From the NCBI GenBank assembly GCA_977020255.1, contig CDROCS010000506.1, positions 248,001-312,000 on the forward strand: DNA of 64,000 bases, given 5' to 3'. This DNA comes from Obrimoposthia wandeli (taxonomy: Eukaryota). Position numbers and translations under genes: made by a program. Below are positions 21,401-31,290 of the stretch, one piece after another. The notes below the pieces were generated by a model, which was not told the DNA's origin, did no database searches, and saw only the letters and a list, made by a program, of their open reading frames with translations. Every line of letters begins with the position of its first letter. Positions within the stretch are counted from its first letter, which is position 1.

Positions 21401-23128
21401 ATGAAAAAGACGCTGATAAATACAACAATCGCCCTTGCCCTCACCACAACAGTCAATGGCTGTACCGCTAAGACCACTGACACATCGATAGAAAAATCAC
21501 AGCTGCAAGCATCGTCACCACTTGCGGTTACTATGCTTGCTCGCTACGAGTCTGGTCAATATGGTGTGAGTGCAGCAGAGATCTTAGATTATCACCCACA
21601 AAGTCAGTCTATCTTTGTGGTTAACGCCAAAAGCGGTCAAGTTGATGTTCTCGATGCTGCTGTAATTAGTACGATAAACAGCACTAAGCAAGCGGCTATA
21701 AACCCATTAACACTCAATAATCTCACTAAAAAATCGACATTAAACCTAGCGTCAGATTTAAAGCTAACCCGTTTGGGTTCAGTAAACAGTGTCGCTATTT
21801 TTGATAATCTACTTGCTGTAGCCATCGAGCGTGGTGATAGCAAAGGTAACCCAGTTCAAGGTCTTGGGTTTATTGGTTTCTACACGTTAGACAAGACAGG
21901 TAACGCAACTTATCTACGAGCCGTTGAAGTTGGCTTCTTACCAGACAATGTTGTGTTCACCCATGACGGCAGTAAAGTTGTAGTGGCGAATGAAGGCGAG
22001 CCCAATGATGCTTACACTGTTGATCCCGAAGGATCGGTGTCGATCATTAACATCAATAACAGTATCCCTGAAAAACAAGCAATACATGTAAGCTTCAACG
22101 ACTTTAATACGTTGGCCGCACGTCAGCATCAATTACCAATCGGCGTGAAGATAAACGGGCCGAAATCATCCGTAAGCCAAGATCTTGAACCGGAATACAT
22201 AGCAATTTCTCATGATAATTCACAAGCGTTTGTCTCACTGCAAGAAAACAATGCTATCGCCATCATAGATCTTAAATCCCATCGCGTTGAACGCATCGTT
22301 GATTTAGGCAGTAAAGATTATGGTTTAGCCAATAACGCCATCGATGCCAGTGATAAAGATGGCCAAGTCAATATCCAAACATATGCGGGTGTATATGGTC
22401 TTTACCAACCCGATACCATCGCTAGCTACAGTATTAATGGTGCCGACTTTATTGTGACGGCCAACGAAGGTGATTCCCGTGATTACACCGGTTTCTCTGA
22501 AGAAACCCGTGCGGGTAAATTAACCCTAGATAAAAACCACCCACAATTTGATGCCGTACAAGATAAGCACAAACTCGGACGTTTAAAGGTAACCACTAGC
22601 GTGGGCGATACCGATAACGACGGTGATATCGATAAGATCTACAGTTATGGCTCACGCTCTTTCTCGATTTGGGATGCACAAGGACAGCAAGTATTCGACA
22701 GTGGTAATGATTTTGCACGTATTACCGCCGACCGACTTGGTATCAATTTTAATAATCACAACAGTAAAAATAAAGGCGATAATCGCAGTGATGACAAAGG
22801 CCCTGAACCTGAAGCACTAGCACTCGGATCTATCGATGGCCGTGAATATGCCTTTATCGGTCTAGAACGTACTTCTGGGTTTATGATCTACGATATTACC
22901 GAGCCACAACGCGCCTACTTCATCGATTACATTGTCAACCGTGATTTTGCGTCTAAATTTGAAATTGAAGACGGGATAGTAACCAAAGGCGATCCAGCTA
23001 GAGTCGGTGACTTAGGCCCTGAAGGGATTAAATTTATTGCCGCTAACAAAAGTCCAAACAATAAACCATTGCTATTAATTGCCAATGAAGTCAGTGGGAC
23101 TACGGTTGTATATCAATTACAAAAATAA
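21401..23128 (+). CDS. Lipoprotein of the choice-of-anchor I / alkaline-phosphatase-like beta-propeller family
   Basis: Lipobox VNGC; AAEILDY, LPDNVVFTHDG, ANEGEP, EPEYI, QPDTIA, ANEGD, RSDDKGPEPE and LGPEG. Confidence 0.8.
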   Translation: MKKTLINTTIALALTTTVNGCTAKTTDTSIEKSQLQASSPLAVTMLARYESGQYGVSAAEILDYHPQSQSIFVVNAKSGQVDVLDAAVISTINSTKQAAINPLTLNNLTKKSTLNLASDLKLTRLGSVNSVAIFDNLLAVAIERGDSKGNPVQGLGFIGFYTLDKTGNATYLRAVEVGFLPDNVVFTHDGSKVVVANEGEPNDAYTVDPEGSVSIININNSIPEKQAIHVSFNDFNTLAARQHQLPIGVKINGPKSSVSQDLEPEYIAISHDNSQAFVSLQENNAIAIIDLKSHRVERIVDLGSKDYGLANNAIDASDKDGQVNIQTYAGVYGLYQPDTIASYSINGADFIVTANEGDSRDYTGFSEETRAGKLTLDKNHPQFDAVQDKHKLGRLKVTTSVGDTDNDGDIDKIYSYGSRSFSIWDAQGQQVFDSGNDFARITADRLGINFNNHNSKNKGDNRSDDKGPEPEALALGSIDGREYAFIGLERTSGFMIYDITEPQRAYFIDYIVNRDFASKFEIEDGIVTKGDPARVGDLGPEGIKFIAANKSPNNKPLLLIANEVSGTTVVYQLQK

Positions 23129-23235
23129 TATGTAATTTTTGCTTAGCTCTGGAATGTGATTTCTAAATAAAACCAATATGATTAACTCAACTGAAAAAAA
23201 CCTTAATCTAAATACTTTCACTAGGAGTGATCATC

Positions 23236-23649
23236 ATGGCTAACTTACTAAACCAAGTAGAAACTATCTACAATGTCGCAAAAGAAACAGCAAAAACATC
23301 TATCACTGCAGGTTTTGGTGTTTATGGCACAATCATCGATGAAGCATCAAAGTCATCAGATAAAGCAACGCAACTTTTTGAATCTTTAGTTGAACGCGGT
23401 ACGCAAGTTGAACCCCAAGTAAAAGAACAAGTTTCTGCACTTTTAGGTAAAAAAATCTCTTTAGAATCAATTGAAGCTAAAGCACAAAGCATCACTAGCC
23501 GTTTTACTGGTGTTCAAGGTCAGAAACTAAATGAAGTTGAAAGCAAAATCGACCTGCTTGCACAAATGATCAGTGAATTAAAAACTGAACCAGCAAAAGT
23601 ACAAAAAGTTGTTAAAGCAATCACTGCAAAAGTAACTGCTGAAGCATAA
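23236..23649 (+). CDS. Phasin-like (PHA granule-associated family) protein
   Basis: AGFGVYG..IDE...LFESLVERG pattern of PhaI/PhaF-like proteins. Start at ATG 23236 after AGGAG. Confidence 0.6.
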   Translation: MANLLNQVETIYNVAKETAKTSITAGFGVYGTIIDEASKSSDKATQLFESLVERGTQVEPQVKEQVSALLGKKISLESIEAKAQSITSRFTGVQGQKLNEVESKIDLLAQMISELKTEPAKVQKVVKAITAKVTAEA

Positions 23650-23674
23650 TAACGTTATGACTTCATAATCGTTC

Positions 23675-23694
23675 AAGGGGGCTTTGTCCCCCTT
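23675..23694 (+). terminator. Terminator hairpin after the phasin-like gene
   Basis: AAGGGGG-ctttgt-CCCCCTT. Confidence 0.55.
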
Positions 23695-23852
23695 ATTCCC
23701 TCTCTTTATCCTTCTACTACCACTTAGCCTATACTAGCTAAAATCGCATCAAAATTACCTAGAACTGTTTCTCATTTCTATTTGCACTTTACAATGTAAA
23801 AACTACTATTAAGTAATATCAATATCACGTATTCACCCAGTAAGGACTAAGA

Positions 23853-24347
23853 ATGAGCCAAGTTAGCTTAACTTATAACCCTGTTGAAGATCGCATGTTA
23901 CTTATCGTTTCTAATAATATAAATCATCCTCAATGGTGGCTTACCCGACACATGTGCAAAAAGTTATTAGAAATGCTCAATGCCGAGTTAACCCTACAAT
24001 ATGAGTTAGATAAAATTCAATCTTGTTATAAAGAAAATAAAACTCACCAAGAATCCTCATTTGCAGATAAACACCAGCAAGCATTACACGATGCAGCAGG
24101 TAGGACAGAGATACAGAAAAAATCGACACCTGCACAGCCCGACGCGCTGCTAACGACACGTATATCTTTAGATAAAAAGCCTGATAATCTAGTCGCTTTA
24201 TATATTTATTCTCGAGAAAATCATGGGATTTGTCTGGATCTAGATAATAACGGCTTACATATATTCTTAGATATGATGCTAAAGGTAGCGATAAAAGGGG
24301 AATGGGGATTAAAACAGGCAAGGTCTATTGAAAACAAATTAAGTTAA
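23853..24347 (+). CDS. Hypothetical protein (164 aa)
   Basis: SD AAGGA upstream; N-terminus QVSLTYNPVEDRMLL...WWLTR; function not recognised. Confidence 0.7.
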   Translation: MSQVSLTYNPVEDRMLLIVSNNINHPQWWLTRHMCKKLLEMLNAELTLQYELDKIQSCYKENKTHQESSFADKHQQALHDAAGRTEIQKKSTPAQPDALLTTRISLDKKPDNLVALYIYSRENHGICLDLDNNGLHIFLDMMLKVAIKGEWGLKQARSIENKLS

Positions 24348-24499
24348 TAACGCACCGCAAAAGCGTGAGACTAATAGTGAAAACATAGTTAAGACATAAC
24401 TAAGACAGAGTTAAGAGGTAATTGTAAAATAGAATATTGGTGATAGCTATACATGATTAACTACCACCATATTTAATTAAAGCAATAACGAATTAAGTG

Positions 24500-25534
24500 T
24501 TATTCGTTATTATCATCTGAATTACTGCGACGCGTTAACTGCTCGCGTAAATTCGGCGGAATACCAACAATTGTAAGTGTATCAGTTTGTGCATCATAGC
24601 TAATACGTTCGCCCATTAACTTCTGATCAAAGCTCACGCTTAAACCACCGCCCTGTCCGACATACTTAGTCAGTTTACGTACCGCGCCACGATCAGCAGG
24701 GAAGCTATCTTCAAGCTCGTAAGCTTCAGAAGCGTACTGATAAAAGTCACGAGATGAAACATCTGCTAAATGATCTGAAAGATCTTTAACTTCAATCTCA
24801 TTACCTTCTTTAATTTGCTCATTACAGTATTGTGCGACTTGTTCACGCGCTTGAATAGCTTCATCAGCGTCGAGCTCGGCAACATGGCAAAACTCATCTA
24901 CAGCACGCATTAAACCTGCGTTTTGTATTTTAGCATCCATACCTTCTGTGCAGCCTAAGAAATCGAGGAAGAAATCTGACACTTTACGACCAGCGCGACC
25001 TTTAATGAAAGATAAGTAGCGTTTTGAATCGCTATTTTGTCGCCATTCAGTCAAGTCGATTTTAGCGGCCAATTGCACTTTAGACAATTCAAGATAATGT
25101 GTACTGCTCAGATCAAGCTGCTCAGTCACCATCACACTGTCTTTATTTTCCAATAACGCGACGATCAGATAGTCAGAAGCCATCCAATTATAATGCACAA
25201 ATGACAGAATACCTTGGGTCACAAAGTCATATTTTAATAATTCGCCAACTAACAAACTTGACGCAGCGCTTGAAAAATCAACAAAGTTACTCTCTTCGTC
25301 GATAAATTTACGCAATTCGATCTCAAAAGGTAAACGACTATTGTCTTCTTCTGCGCATTTAAAGTAACCAAACCCTTTCGCTGGCTTAGCGTTATAAATA
25401 CGGTGTAATTCGCTTGCAAGTTCTTCAACAGGCTGTGAATTAGCTAGTTCTTCATTACGTGGGTAGCATTTAAGCTCACCTTCAGTATTAAAGGCTAATG
25501 AATGTAGAATAATGTTATTTAATTTTAGCTGCAT
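24500..25534 (-). CDS. yejK: Nucleoid-associated protein YejK (NdpA)
   Basis: YNAKPAKGFG, YLSFIKGRAGRKVSDFFLDFLG and GGGLSVSFD; divergent from yejL-yejM. Confidence 0.95.
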   Translation of the reverse strand: MQLKLNNIILHSLAFNTEGELKCYPRNEELANSQPVEELASELHRIYNAKPAKGFGYFKCAEEDNSRLPFEIELRKFIDEESNFVDFSSAASSLLVGELLKYDFVTQGILSFVHYNWMASDYLIVALLENKDSVMVTEQLDLSSTHYLELSKVQLAAKIDLTEWRQNSDSKRYLSFIKGRAGRKVSDFFLDFLGCTEGMDAKIQNAGLMRAVDEFCHVAELDADEAIQAREQVAQYCNEQIKEGNEIEVKDLSDHLADVSSRDFYQYASEAYELEDSFPADRGAVRKLTKYVGQGGGLSVSFDQKLMGERISYDAQTDTLTIVGIPPNLREQLTRRSNSDDNNE

Positions 25535-25614
25535 ATATTTAAAGTATTAGAGTTAATGAATTCTGTGAGGTATTATAATCATCTTTGCCCATTCATACAT
25601 TAAAAGATTAAATT

Positions 25615-25845
25615 ATGCCTATAGTTTCTAAATACAAAAGCGATAAAGTTGAAAAAGTAATTGATGAAGTTATCGATGTACTAGAAAAACACGATGCACC
25701 CTTAGACCTTGGCTTAATGGTTCTTGGTAATGCAGCGGCTAACATCATCAACGCATCTTTATCACCAAAACAGCGCCAAGCGGTTGCTGAAAAATTTGCT
25801 AAAGCGCTTGTTGCGTCAGTAAAAGCAAAAGATACATCACATTAA
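25615..25845 (+). CDS. yejL: YejL family protein (UPF0352)
   Basis: MPIVSKYKSDKVEKVIDEVIDVLEKHDAPLDLGLMVLGN. Confidence 0.93.
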   Translation: MPIVSKYKSDKVEKVIDEVIDVLEKHDAPLDLGLMVLGNAAANIINASLSPKQRQAVAEKFAKALVASVKAKDTSH

Positions 25846-25927
25846 TTAAATGATAGGCAAGGATGCCTTGTCATTTATTTTTATTCATTACACTATTAAA
25901 GCACTATTAGAGACAGTAGTTTAACTT

Positions 25928-27808
25928 ATGCTAGAAACAGGACATCATTATCGCGATCAAGTCTCCAAGATTATCAGTTGGGGTCATTGGTTTAGCTTAG
26001 CCAATATCTTACTGGCTATTTTACTTGCCTCACGTTACCTTTTCATCGCCGAATGGCCTGAAACGATGCTAGGTCAAGCCTATTCTCTAATTAGCTTGCT
26101 TGGTCACTTCAGCTTTATTATTTTTATATTGTATCTTGTGGTGATCTTCCCGATCAGCTTTGTGATACCGTTTCCACGGGCCCTGCGATTTCTTACCGTT
26201 ATCTTCGCCACCGTCGGATTATCGTTATTAATTATCGATACCGAAATCTTTAAGCTTTATAATTTACACATAAATCCCATTATCTTTGAGATATTACTCG
26301 GCGAAAATGAACAAACTCTTAACTCAGATTGGCAATCCTTCTTTGTTTTCGTACCGTTTTTGTTTTTACTTGAACTGCTTATTTCCAGCTTTTTGTGGCA
26401 CAGACTACGACCGTTAAGCCGTTTTAAACTTGGTCCTATTATCGCCATTTTCTTTTTCAGCTGTTTCTTAACGGGTCACTTATTACATATGTGGGCAGAT
26501 GCCGCCGTTTATCGCCCTATTACTGCGCAGAAAGCAAACTTCCCACTTGCCTACCCAATGACAGCAAGAACCTTCTTGGTTAAATATGGTTGGTTAGATA
26601 AACAAGCTTTCAATAAACGTGTCAGTGACACCAAAAAACAATCCGATTCACGTCTCGACTACCCTAAAAACCCATTGGTAGTGAATGACGAGAATCAAAA
26701 ACTGAACGTGTTACTCATTAATATCAGCACGCTTAGAGCAGATATGCTCAATGATAGTGTGATGCCCGAAATGTCTAAATTATCACGCCAAGGCTTGCGA
26801 TTTAATCACCATTTCAGTACAAGTAACGATGACTTACTCGGTAACTTCGGCATGATGTATGGTCTTGCCCCACAATATTGGGATGATATCGAAACATCAG
26901 CGACGTCCCCTTTCATGCTCGACTACTTTGTTCAGGCGGACTATAACCTCGGTATCTTTAATACTGAAGCGTTGGCGGCACATAGACAAGAGCAAACAAC
27001 ATTCATTAATTTGGAAAGCCCCAACACAACCATCGTGGCGGGTACACAGCAAGATAGTGAAACAGTTAGCGCGACACGTCGTTGGATAAAGCAGCAAGAC
27101 GAGACAACCGCTTGGTTTGCCTATGTGAGTTTACAGTCAGTGCAAAACGTAGAAACGCCAGCTGGTTTCCCTGCTATGTTCTACCCTAATATTCAAGACT
27201 TAAACAGCCAGGCAAACAATCGTCAAATAGCCTTATTTAACAGTTACCGAAACAGCGTGAGCTATGTGGATAAAGCAGTTGCTAAAATTGTTTACCAGTT
27301 AAAACAAACCAAGCAATATGATAATACGGTTATTGTATTCACAGCCAATCACGGTAATGAATTTAATGATTCTGAAGATCACTCGTGGGGATATGGCAGT
27401 AACTACTCAACGTATCAAACACAAGTACCGCTATTCATCGTCTGGCCAGGTAAAACGCCACAGGTGATAGAACAAGATACCAATCACACTGATATCGTAC
27501 CGACTATTTTGACTAATCTAAACGCGGTCAATAATCCAATTTCAGATTACAGTAACGGGATTGATTTATTCGCTGGTGAGTTTAAATCATGGCAGCTACT
27601 CGGTGATAAGAATAACTTTGTAATACTGCAACAAGACACAATTACCTTGTTCTCTTATCAAGGCTTATTCACGAGCCAAGGCAATCATGACGTCAGAAAT
27701 CGAGATGATTACAGACCGATGCCACAAAAAGCAATGCTGGATACCCAATTTAATCAAATTCTGACTGAATTAAATTATTTTTATAAAGCAACGCCAGCTC
27801 AAGACTAA
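25928..27808 (+). CDS. yejM: Inner-membrane sulfatase-fold protein YejM/PbgA (LapC)
   Basis: ISWGHWFSLANILL, 5 N-terminal TMs, NFPLAYPMTARTFL and a periplasmic sulfatase-like domain. Confidence 0.93.
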   Translation: MLETGHHYRDQVSKIISWGHWFSLANILLAILLASRYLFIAEWPETMLGQAYSLISLLGHFSFIIFILYLVVIFPISFVIPFPRALRFLTVIFATVGLSLLIIDTEIFKLYNLHINPIIFEILLGENEQTLNSDWQSFFVFVPFLFLLELLISSFLWHRLRPLSRFKLGPIIAIFFFSCFLTGHLLHMWADAAVYRPITAQKANFPLAYPMTARTFLVKYGWLDKQAFNKRVSDTKKQSDSRLDYPKNPLVVNDENQKLNVLLINISTLRADMLNDSVMPEMSKLSRQGLRFNHHFSTSNDDLLGNFGMMYGLAPQYWDDIETSATSPFMLDYFVQADYNLGIFNTEALAAHRQEQTTFINLESPNTTIVAGTQQDSETVSATRRWIKQQDETTAWFAYVSLQSVQNVETPAGFPAMFYPNIQDLNSQANNRQIALFNSYRNSVSYVDKAVAKIVYQLKQTKQYDNTVIVFTANHGNEFNDSEDHSWGYGSNYSTYQTQVPLFIVWPGKTPQVIEQDTNHTDIVPTILTNLNAVNNPISDYSNGIDLFAGEFKSWQLLGDKNNFVILQQDTITLFSYQGLFTSQGNHDVRNRDDYRPMPQKAMLDTQFNQILTELNYFYKATPAQD

Positions 27809-27834
27809 AACTAAATATGAAGAATCATTAAGAG

Positions 27835-28512
27835 CTAAGCAATCACCATATAAGCTTGCTGTGCGGACAAGACTGTTAATCGTCTTGTCCGCATCAATGT
27901 ATCTATCCACAATTGATTTAAGTTCGTCGTTACCCGCGCACAATTAACATGTCCATGAACCACAAATTTAACCCCAGATATATTAAATAATTCCCCTTTC
28001 TTCACCTGTTGGTATTGTTTTTTCGACCAAACGCAATCTTGTAATAACTCGATATCATCAACCGTTGCAGTTTGCAATGCAGACCAATTACGCGGTGCAT
28101 TTGCATGGCAAACACCAATATTGCCAAACTTAGACTCAATCGTAAAAGCAAAGGGACAATACGCGTCAACCAAAACTTTGAGACGATCTTGCTCCTGTAC
28201 ACTGCACTGATAAAACCATTCGCCACCAGCATTGCGATGAATACGAGCCAAGTCACTGGCTTCGTCGGCTAATAACATCTCTTCATGATTGCCACGGACA
28301 GCGTAAAACCAAGGTTTTTGTAATAATTCAACGCACTTCATAGAGTCCGGTCCGCGGTCAACAATATCCCCCACAGAAAACAATCGATCACACTCAAAAT
28401 TAAACTGACACTGCGCTAAGGTTGTTAATAACAAATCATATTCACCATGAATGTCCCCAACAAAGAAATCCTGCCCTTTATGATTAATTGGTATATTTTT
28501 ATGTATTTGCAT
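27835..28512 (-). CDS. Ser/Thr protein phosphatase-like metallophosphoesterase (PphA/lambda-phosphatase type)
   Basis: PPP motifs VGDIHG, VGDIVDRG, RGNHE and HGH. Confidence 0.88.
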   Translation of the reverse strand: MQIHKNIPINHKGQDFFVGDIHGEYDLLLTTLAQCQFNFECDRLFSVGDIVDRGPDSMKCVELLQKPWFYAVRGNHEEMLLADEASDLARIHRNAGGEWFYQCSVQEQDRLKVLVDAYCPFAFTIESKFGNIGVCHANAPRNWSALQTATVDDIELLQDCVWSKKQYQQVKKGELFNISGVKFVVHGHVNCARVTTNLNQLWIDTLMRTRRLTVLSAQQAYMVIA

Positions 28513-28551
28513 TTCATACCTCGTTAGACATATTTAACAATGTTTCATTTT

Positions 28552-28567
28552 TGTGATCTATTTCACG
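28552..28567. promoter_or_regulatory. CRP-like site
   Basis: TGTGA-tctatt-TCACG (9/10 to TGTGA-N6-TCACA) between the divergent phosphatase and GMC oxidase genes. Confidence 0.6.
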
Positions 28568-28872
28568 TGAGCATTCTAATAAGTTAACGCTAACACCGTT
28601 TAATTGATGAAAGCGTCGCTAAACGTCACGACCTAGTAATTTTACGAGTATTCTTTAAGTAAAGGTTAATACAATATTAACAAATCATTAAATCAAGCTT
28701 ACGTCAGCTACCTAGAGTATGGTACATACAACAAAAGCAACATTTTGATAACATAATTAAGTCATTAGCCTTAATTATGTCTAATGGACACATCACAGAG
28801 ACTCTAAAATAAATATAGTGCTTGAAGCACAGTTTTGATGTGAAATAAACGGATTAGCAGTAGGGGTAATAC

Positions 28873-30660
28873 ATGTCGAGTACTAACTTTGATTTTGACC
28901 AGATTATTATTGGATCTGGTTTTGGCGGTTCAGCCAGCGCATTGCGTTTAACAGAAAAAGGATTTCGCGTATTAGTATTAGAACGTGGTAAACGTATTGC
29001 GACGAAGGAATTCTCACGCACCAGTTGGAATTTAAAACGTTTCATGTGGTTGCCACAACTTGGTTTAACAGGGCCATTTACCTTCACGGTGACACGTAAA
29101 ATCAGCCTTGTTCACGGCAGTGCGGTAGGTGGTGGTTCACTCGTTTACGGTAATACTCATCTTATCCCAGAAGCGAATATATTTACCGACCCATCATGGA
29201 CAGGGATGCATGACGACTGGCATACACGTCTATCTCCTTATTACGCATTAGCACAACGCATGATTGGCGTACAAAAAAATCGTTACTTTGGTCCTGCAGA
29301 TCTGATCTTAAAAGACGTCGCCACCGATATGGGACGTGAAGATACATTTAAAACAGTATACAGCGGCCTACTCTATCCAAAAGGTGAAGATAAAGTTTCA
29401 CAAAATATCGATGTAGAACGCTTAGGTGAAGACCGTGGCGACCCTTACTTTAATGGCGATGGTCCCAAGCGTAATAGTTGTACTTATTGTGGTAACTGTA
29501 TGTCAGGTTGCCGTCATAATGCTAAAAATAGTCTCGATAAAAATTACCTTTATTTTGCAGAGCGTAATGGCGCGGAGATCCGCCCAGAATCAAACGTAAC
29601 CAAGATTGAACCAATTGCCGATGAAAATGGCGTCAAAGATGGTAGCGCGGGTTATACGATTCATATCACCGAAGGTCTGGGATTATTCAATAAGAAAAAA
29701 TATACCCTAACTACACGTGGCGTGGTGGTTTCTGGCGGTGTATTTGGCACCATGCCGTTATTACTGAGAATGCGCGATGTAGAAAAGACCTTACCAAACT
29801 TAAGCCCGAATCTTGGGCAGAATGTCTTAACCAATTCGGAAACACTGTTAACCGTTTCCCATAATCGTTTAACTCAGCAAGAACAAAAAGAAGAAGTGTG
29901 GAATGGTACGGCGATCACCTCAATTTTCTCACCAGATGATGAAACCAAAGTTGAGATTGTGCGTTATGCCAAAGGCAGTGATGCAGCATTCACCGGCGGC
30001 ATGTCCGTACCACTAACATCAAAACAATCCGGTATCCCCCGCTCAGTGACTATGCTGGCGAACATAGCCAAGCAACCCATTAAAACCCTAAAAATGATGA
30101 ACCCGGTTGGTAAAGCCAAAGACACCATCATTTTGTTAGTCATGCAAACGGCACAAAATAATATCCACATAGAGAGTAAACGCTCTTGGCACTCCCCTTT
30201 CACTCCAACTTGGATACCAGTCCAACATAAAGGTGACGAGAAACTCAGGAATTACTTCCCAATCGCGCAGAAAGTCGCGGAACATTATATTAAACGTTCA
30301 GGCGGTGAGGCAGGTAATCTCGCTTTAGAGGTTATTGCAGGCACGCCTATCACGGCGCATATGATGGGTGGCGCTCGTATGGGCAAAGATCCAGCAACAG
30401 CAGTACTCGATGATTCAGGACAAACGTATGGTTATAAGAATCTACGTATTCTGGATGGTTCGATTATTGCGGGTAATTTAGGCGTGAACCCATCACTGAC
30501 AATTCTTGCGTTAACTGAGCATGCGATGGCACAAATTCCAGTCTTTGATGCTGAAAAAGCCGCGAAAATTAAACCGGTCAATTTCTCAGCAGCGCTTGAT
30601 GGTAATCCTTCAGCACTGCAAACGGCGGGTGTACCAGAGATTTTAGCCAAAGCAGTGTAA
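28873..30660 (+). CDS. GMC-family FAD oxidoreductase, cholesterol-oxidase (ChoD)-like
   Basis: IIGSGFGG FAD motif, GSAVGGGSLVYGN, CTYCGNCMSGC Cys cluster, TAHMMGG and GVNPSLTI; no signal peptide. Confidence 0.85.
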   Translation: MSSTNFDFDQIIIGSGFGGSASALRLTEKGFRVLVLERGKRIATKEFSRTSWNLKRFMWLPQLGLTGPFTFTVTRKISLVHGSAVGGGSLVYGNTHLIPEANIFTDPSWTGMHDDWHTRLSPYYALAQRMIGVQKNRYFGPADLILKDVATDMGREDTFKTVYSGLLYPKGEDKVSQNIDVERLGEDRGDPYFNGDGPKRNSCTYCGNCMSGCRHNAKNSLDKNYLYFAERNGAEIRPESNVTKIEPIADENGVKDGSAGYTIHITEGLGLFNKKKYTLTTRGVVVSGGVFGTMPLLLRMRDVEKTLPNLSPNLGQNVLTNSETLLTVSHNRLTQQEQKEEVWNGTAITSIFSPDDETKVEIVRYAKGSDAAFTGGMSVPLTSKQSGIPRSVTMLANIAKQPIKTLKMMNPVGKAKDTIILLVMQTAQNNIHIESKRSWHSPFTPTWIPVQHKGDEKLRNYFPIAQKVAEHYIKRSGGEAGNLALEVIAGTPITAHMMGGARMGKDPATAVLDDSGQTYGYKNLRILDGSIIAGNLGVNPSLTILALTEHAMAQIPVFDAEKAAKIKPVNFSAALDGNPSALQTAGVPEILAKAV

Positions 30661-30753
30661 CGGGGTGCAGACTCACGACTAATCATCGATGAGTCCGCTG
30701 TAGGTCAATAGTGAATCACTGCGATTGACATAGAAAATAACGACTGACAATAA

Positions 30754-31026
30754 CTACAGACAAAGACTCGCTGAATTAATTAGGGCGAGTTTTTGTTTGC
30801 GTGTTAACTGCTTAATCGCGTACTCACGCTTACTTGCGGTACTTCTATCTGGTTGAGTTTCTGTATAGGCTATACGTATTGGCTTCGCACGGCGAAAAAA
30901 TTTAGCGCCGGTGCCATTACAATGCTGCTGGTAACGCCTGTCCATGTCTGTGGTAATACCGCAGTATAAACCCGCTTCCGTTTCAATAAGATAAACAATC
31001 CATAAACTCGCTTCCGCTTTAGTCAC
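30754..31026 (-). CDS. GIY-YIG nuclease family protein (UPF0213/YhbQ-like)
   Basis: WIVYLI...LYCGITTDMDRRYQQH..G.GAKFFR...A.KRE.AIKQL. GTG start with SD GAGGT. Confidence 0.9.
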   Translation of the reverse strand: MTKAEASLWIVYLIETEAGLYCGITTDMDRRYQQHCNGTGAKFFRRAKPIRIAYTETQPDRSTASKREYAIKQLTRKQKLALINSASLCL

Positions 31027-31051
31027 AACCTCACCTTTATATTACTATCGT

Positions 31052-31151
31052 TATTACTATTACTATTACTATTACTATTACTATTACTATTACTATTACT
31101 ATTACTATTACTATTACTATTACTATTACTATTACTATTACTATTACTATT
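31052..31151. repeat. Hexanucleotide microsatellite (TATTAC)16 + TATT
   Basis: 16 perfect units counted from 31052, with one more TATTAC at 31040 separated by TATCGT. Confidence 0.99.
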
Positions 31152-31290
31152 TATAAGAGCAGAACAAAACAAGCGCATCATACCCGTGTTGATATCGAAT
31201 ATTTTAGTGTTATTTAATGATTCGCATTCTATTAGACCACAATGTCCGCTAGAATAATCATCCACATCGCTTTGAATATTAAAAAATAAT

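Noticed and set aside
31023-31265. 80-aa poly-(Asn-Ser) protein as a real CDS
   Set aside because: Open mainly because the hexamer has no stop in this frame; no SD or family evidence. Kept only as a possible leader in the microsatellite finding.
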